From sequence record SRR31156797_8344: a stretch of 51,222 bases of DNA. One strand, written 5' to 3'. Below the pieces are notes generated by a model. The model was not told where the DNA came from. It saw only the letters and a program-made list of their open reading frames with translations, and searched no databases. The position numbers and the translations under genes are program-made. Positions 50,795 to 51,222 of the stretch are shown in pieces (within the stretch, counting starts at the first letter, position 1; each line of letters opens with the position of its first letter).

Positions 50795-51222
50795 GTGACA
50801 CGCAAGTTAGGGTATATTATGTTGGTCATTACAATGGCATTAGGACATCCCATCACTGTATTAGCAAATACAGTTGTAGATGTTTCCCAAAATGACAGGG
50901 TTAAAAATAATCAGGAAATGACGGATCTTTCTATTGGTGAAGCTTTTACAGCTGAAGAAACGGAGGGGAGTACGGAGCAGTTTGAAGAGAGTCGATTGAC
51001 AGATGCAGAACAATCGACGCTACCTACTGAAGAGAGTTTAGATACTACTGAATCTGTGGACCCTAGCGAAACAGAAACCAGTATAGAGGCAGAAACATCT
51101 GAAAGCTCTTCTAAGGATGAATCCAGTGAAGCTAGTTTAGATAGTAAGGTGGAAGTCAATCAAGAGGAATCAGGAGAAGTGGCTGAAGGTCTATGGGGAA
51201 CCGTTCCTTGGACATGGGATGA
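50795..51222 (+). CDS. Secreted/surface protein, truncated by the window end (BspA/WxL-associated type)
   Basis: AGGAG then GTG at 50795; signal peptide MTRKLGYIMLVITMALGHPITVLA; acidic S/T/E linker; GLWGTVPWTWD; frame open to the edge. Confidence 0.75.
   Translation, partial: MTRKLGYIMLVITMALGHPITVLANTVVDVSQNDRVKNNQEMTDLSIGEAFTAEETEGSTEQFEESRLTDAEQSTLPTEESLDTTESVDPSETETSIEAETSESSSKDESSEASLDSKVEVNQEESGEVAEGLWGTVPWTWD

Noticed and set aside
1-51222. CRISPR arrays, tRNA/rRNA genes, intact IS elements or prophage
   Set aside because: No regularly spaced repeats, structural RNA signatures, transposase or phage genes recognised

Overview
Enterococcus-like chromosomal segment (low-GC Firmicute; genus inferred from protein sequences and gene order). 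It holds two UlaA/ascorbate-family PTS operons with PRD regulators, an AraC/ABC/GH38 alpha-mannosidase cassette, a stress-gene cluster (AKR, Mn-catalase, GlsB-like, Ohr) and a core block (pepA, thioredoxin, Usp, ytpR, htrA, rlmH, truA, map). An AT-rich islet after map carries an unannotated Fst-type type I toxin-antitoxin locus, a MazEF pair and gene remnants. Further on are an immunity-domain-MsrA fusion, a transporter/deaminase pair, an NrdR-boxed and apparently decaying deoxynucleoside-salvage operon, and a frameshifted Mga regulator before a truncated surface-protein gene. The most notable non-coding signals are a ~120-nt fold-back between the Shine-Dalgarno sequence and start codon of pepA, a shared NGCA-N6-(-35) promoter geometry (Spx-like) at six redox/stress genes, a DnaA-box cluster between htrA and rlmH, and an internal RBS that could release a free EIIA from a fused PRD regulator. 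All product calls come from motif recognition by eye; no database searches were run.
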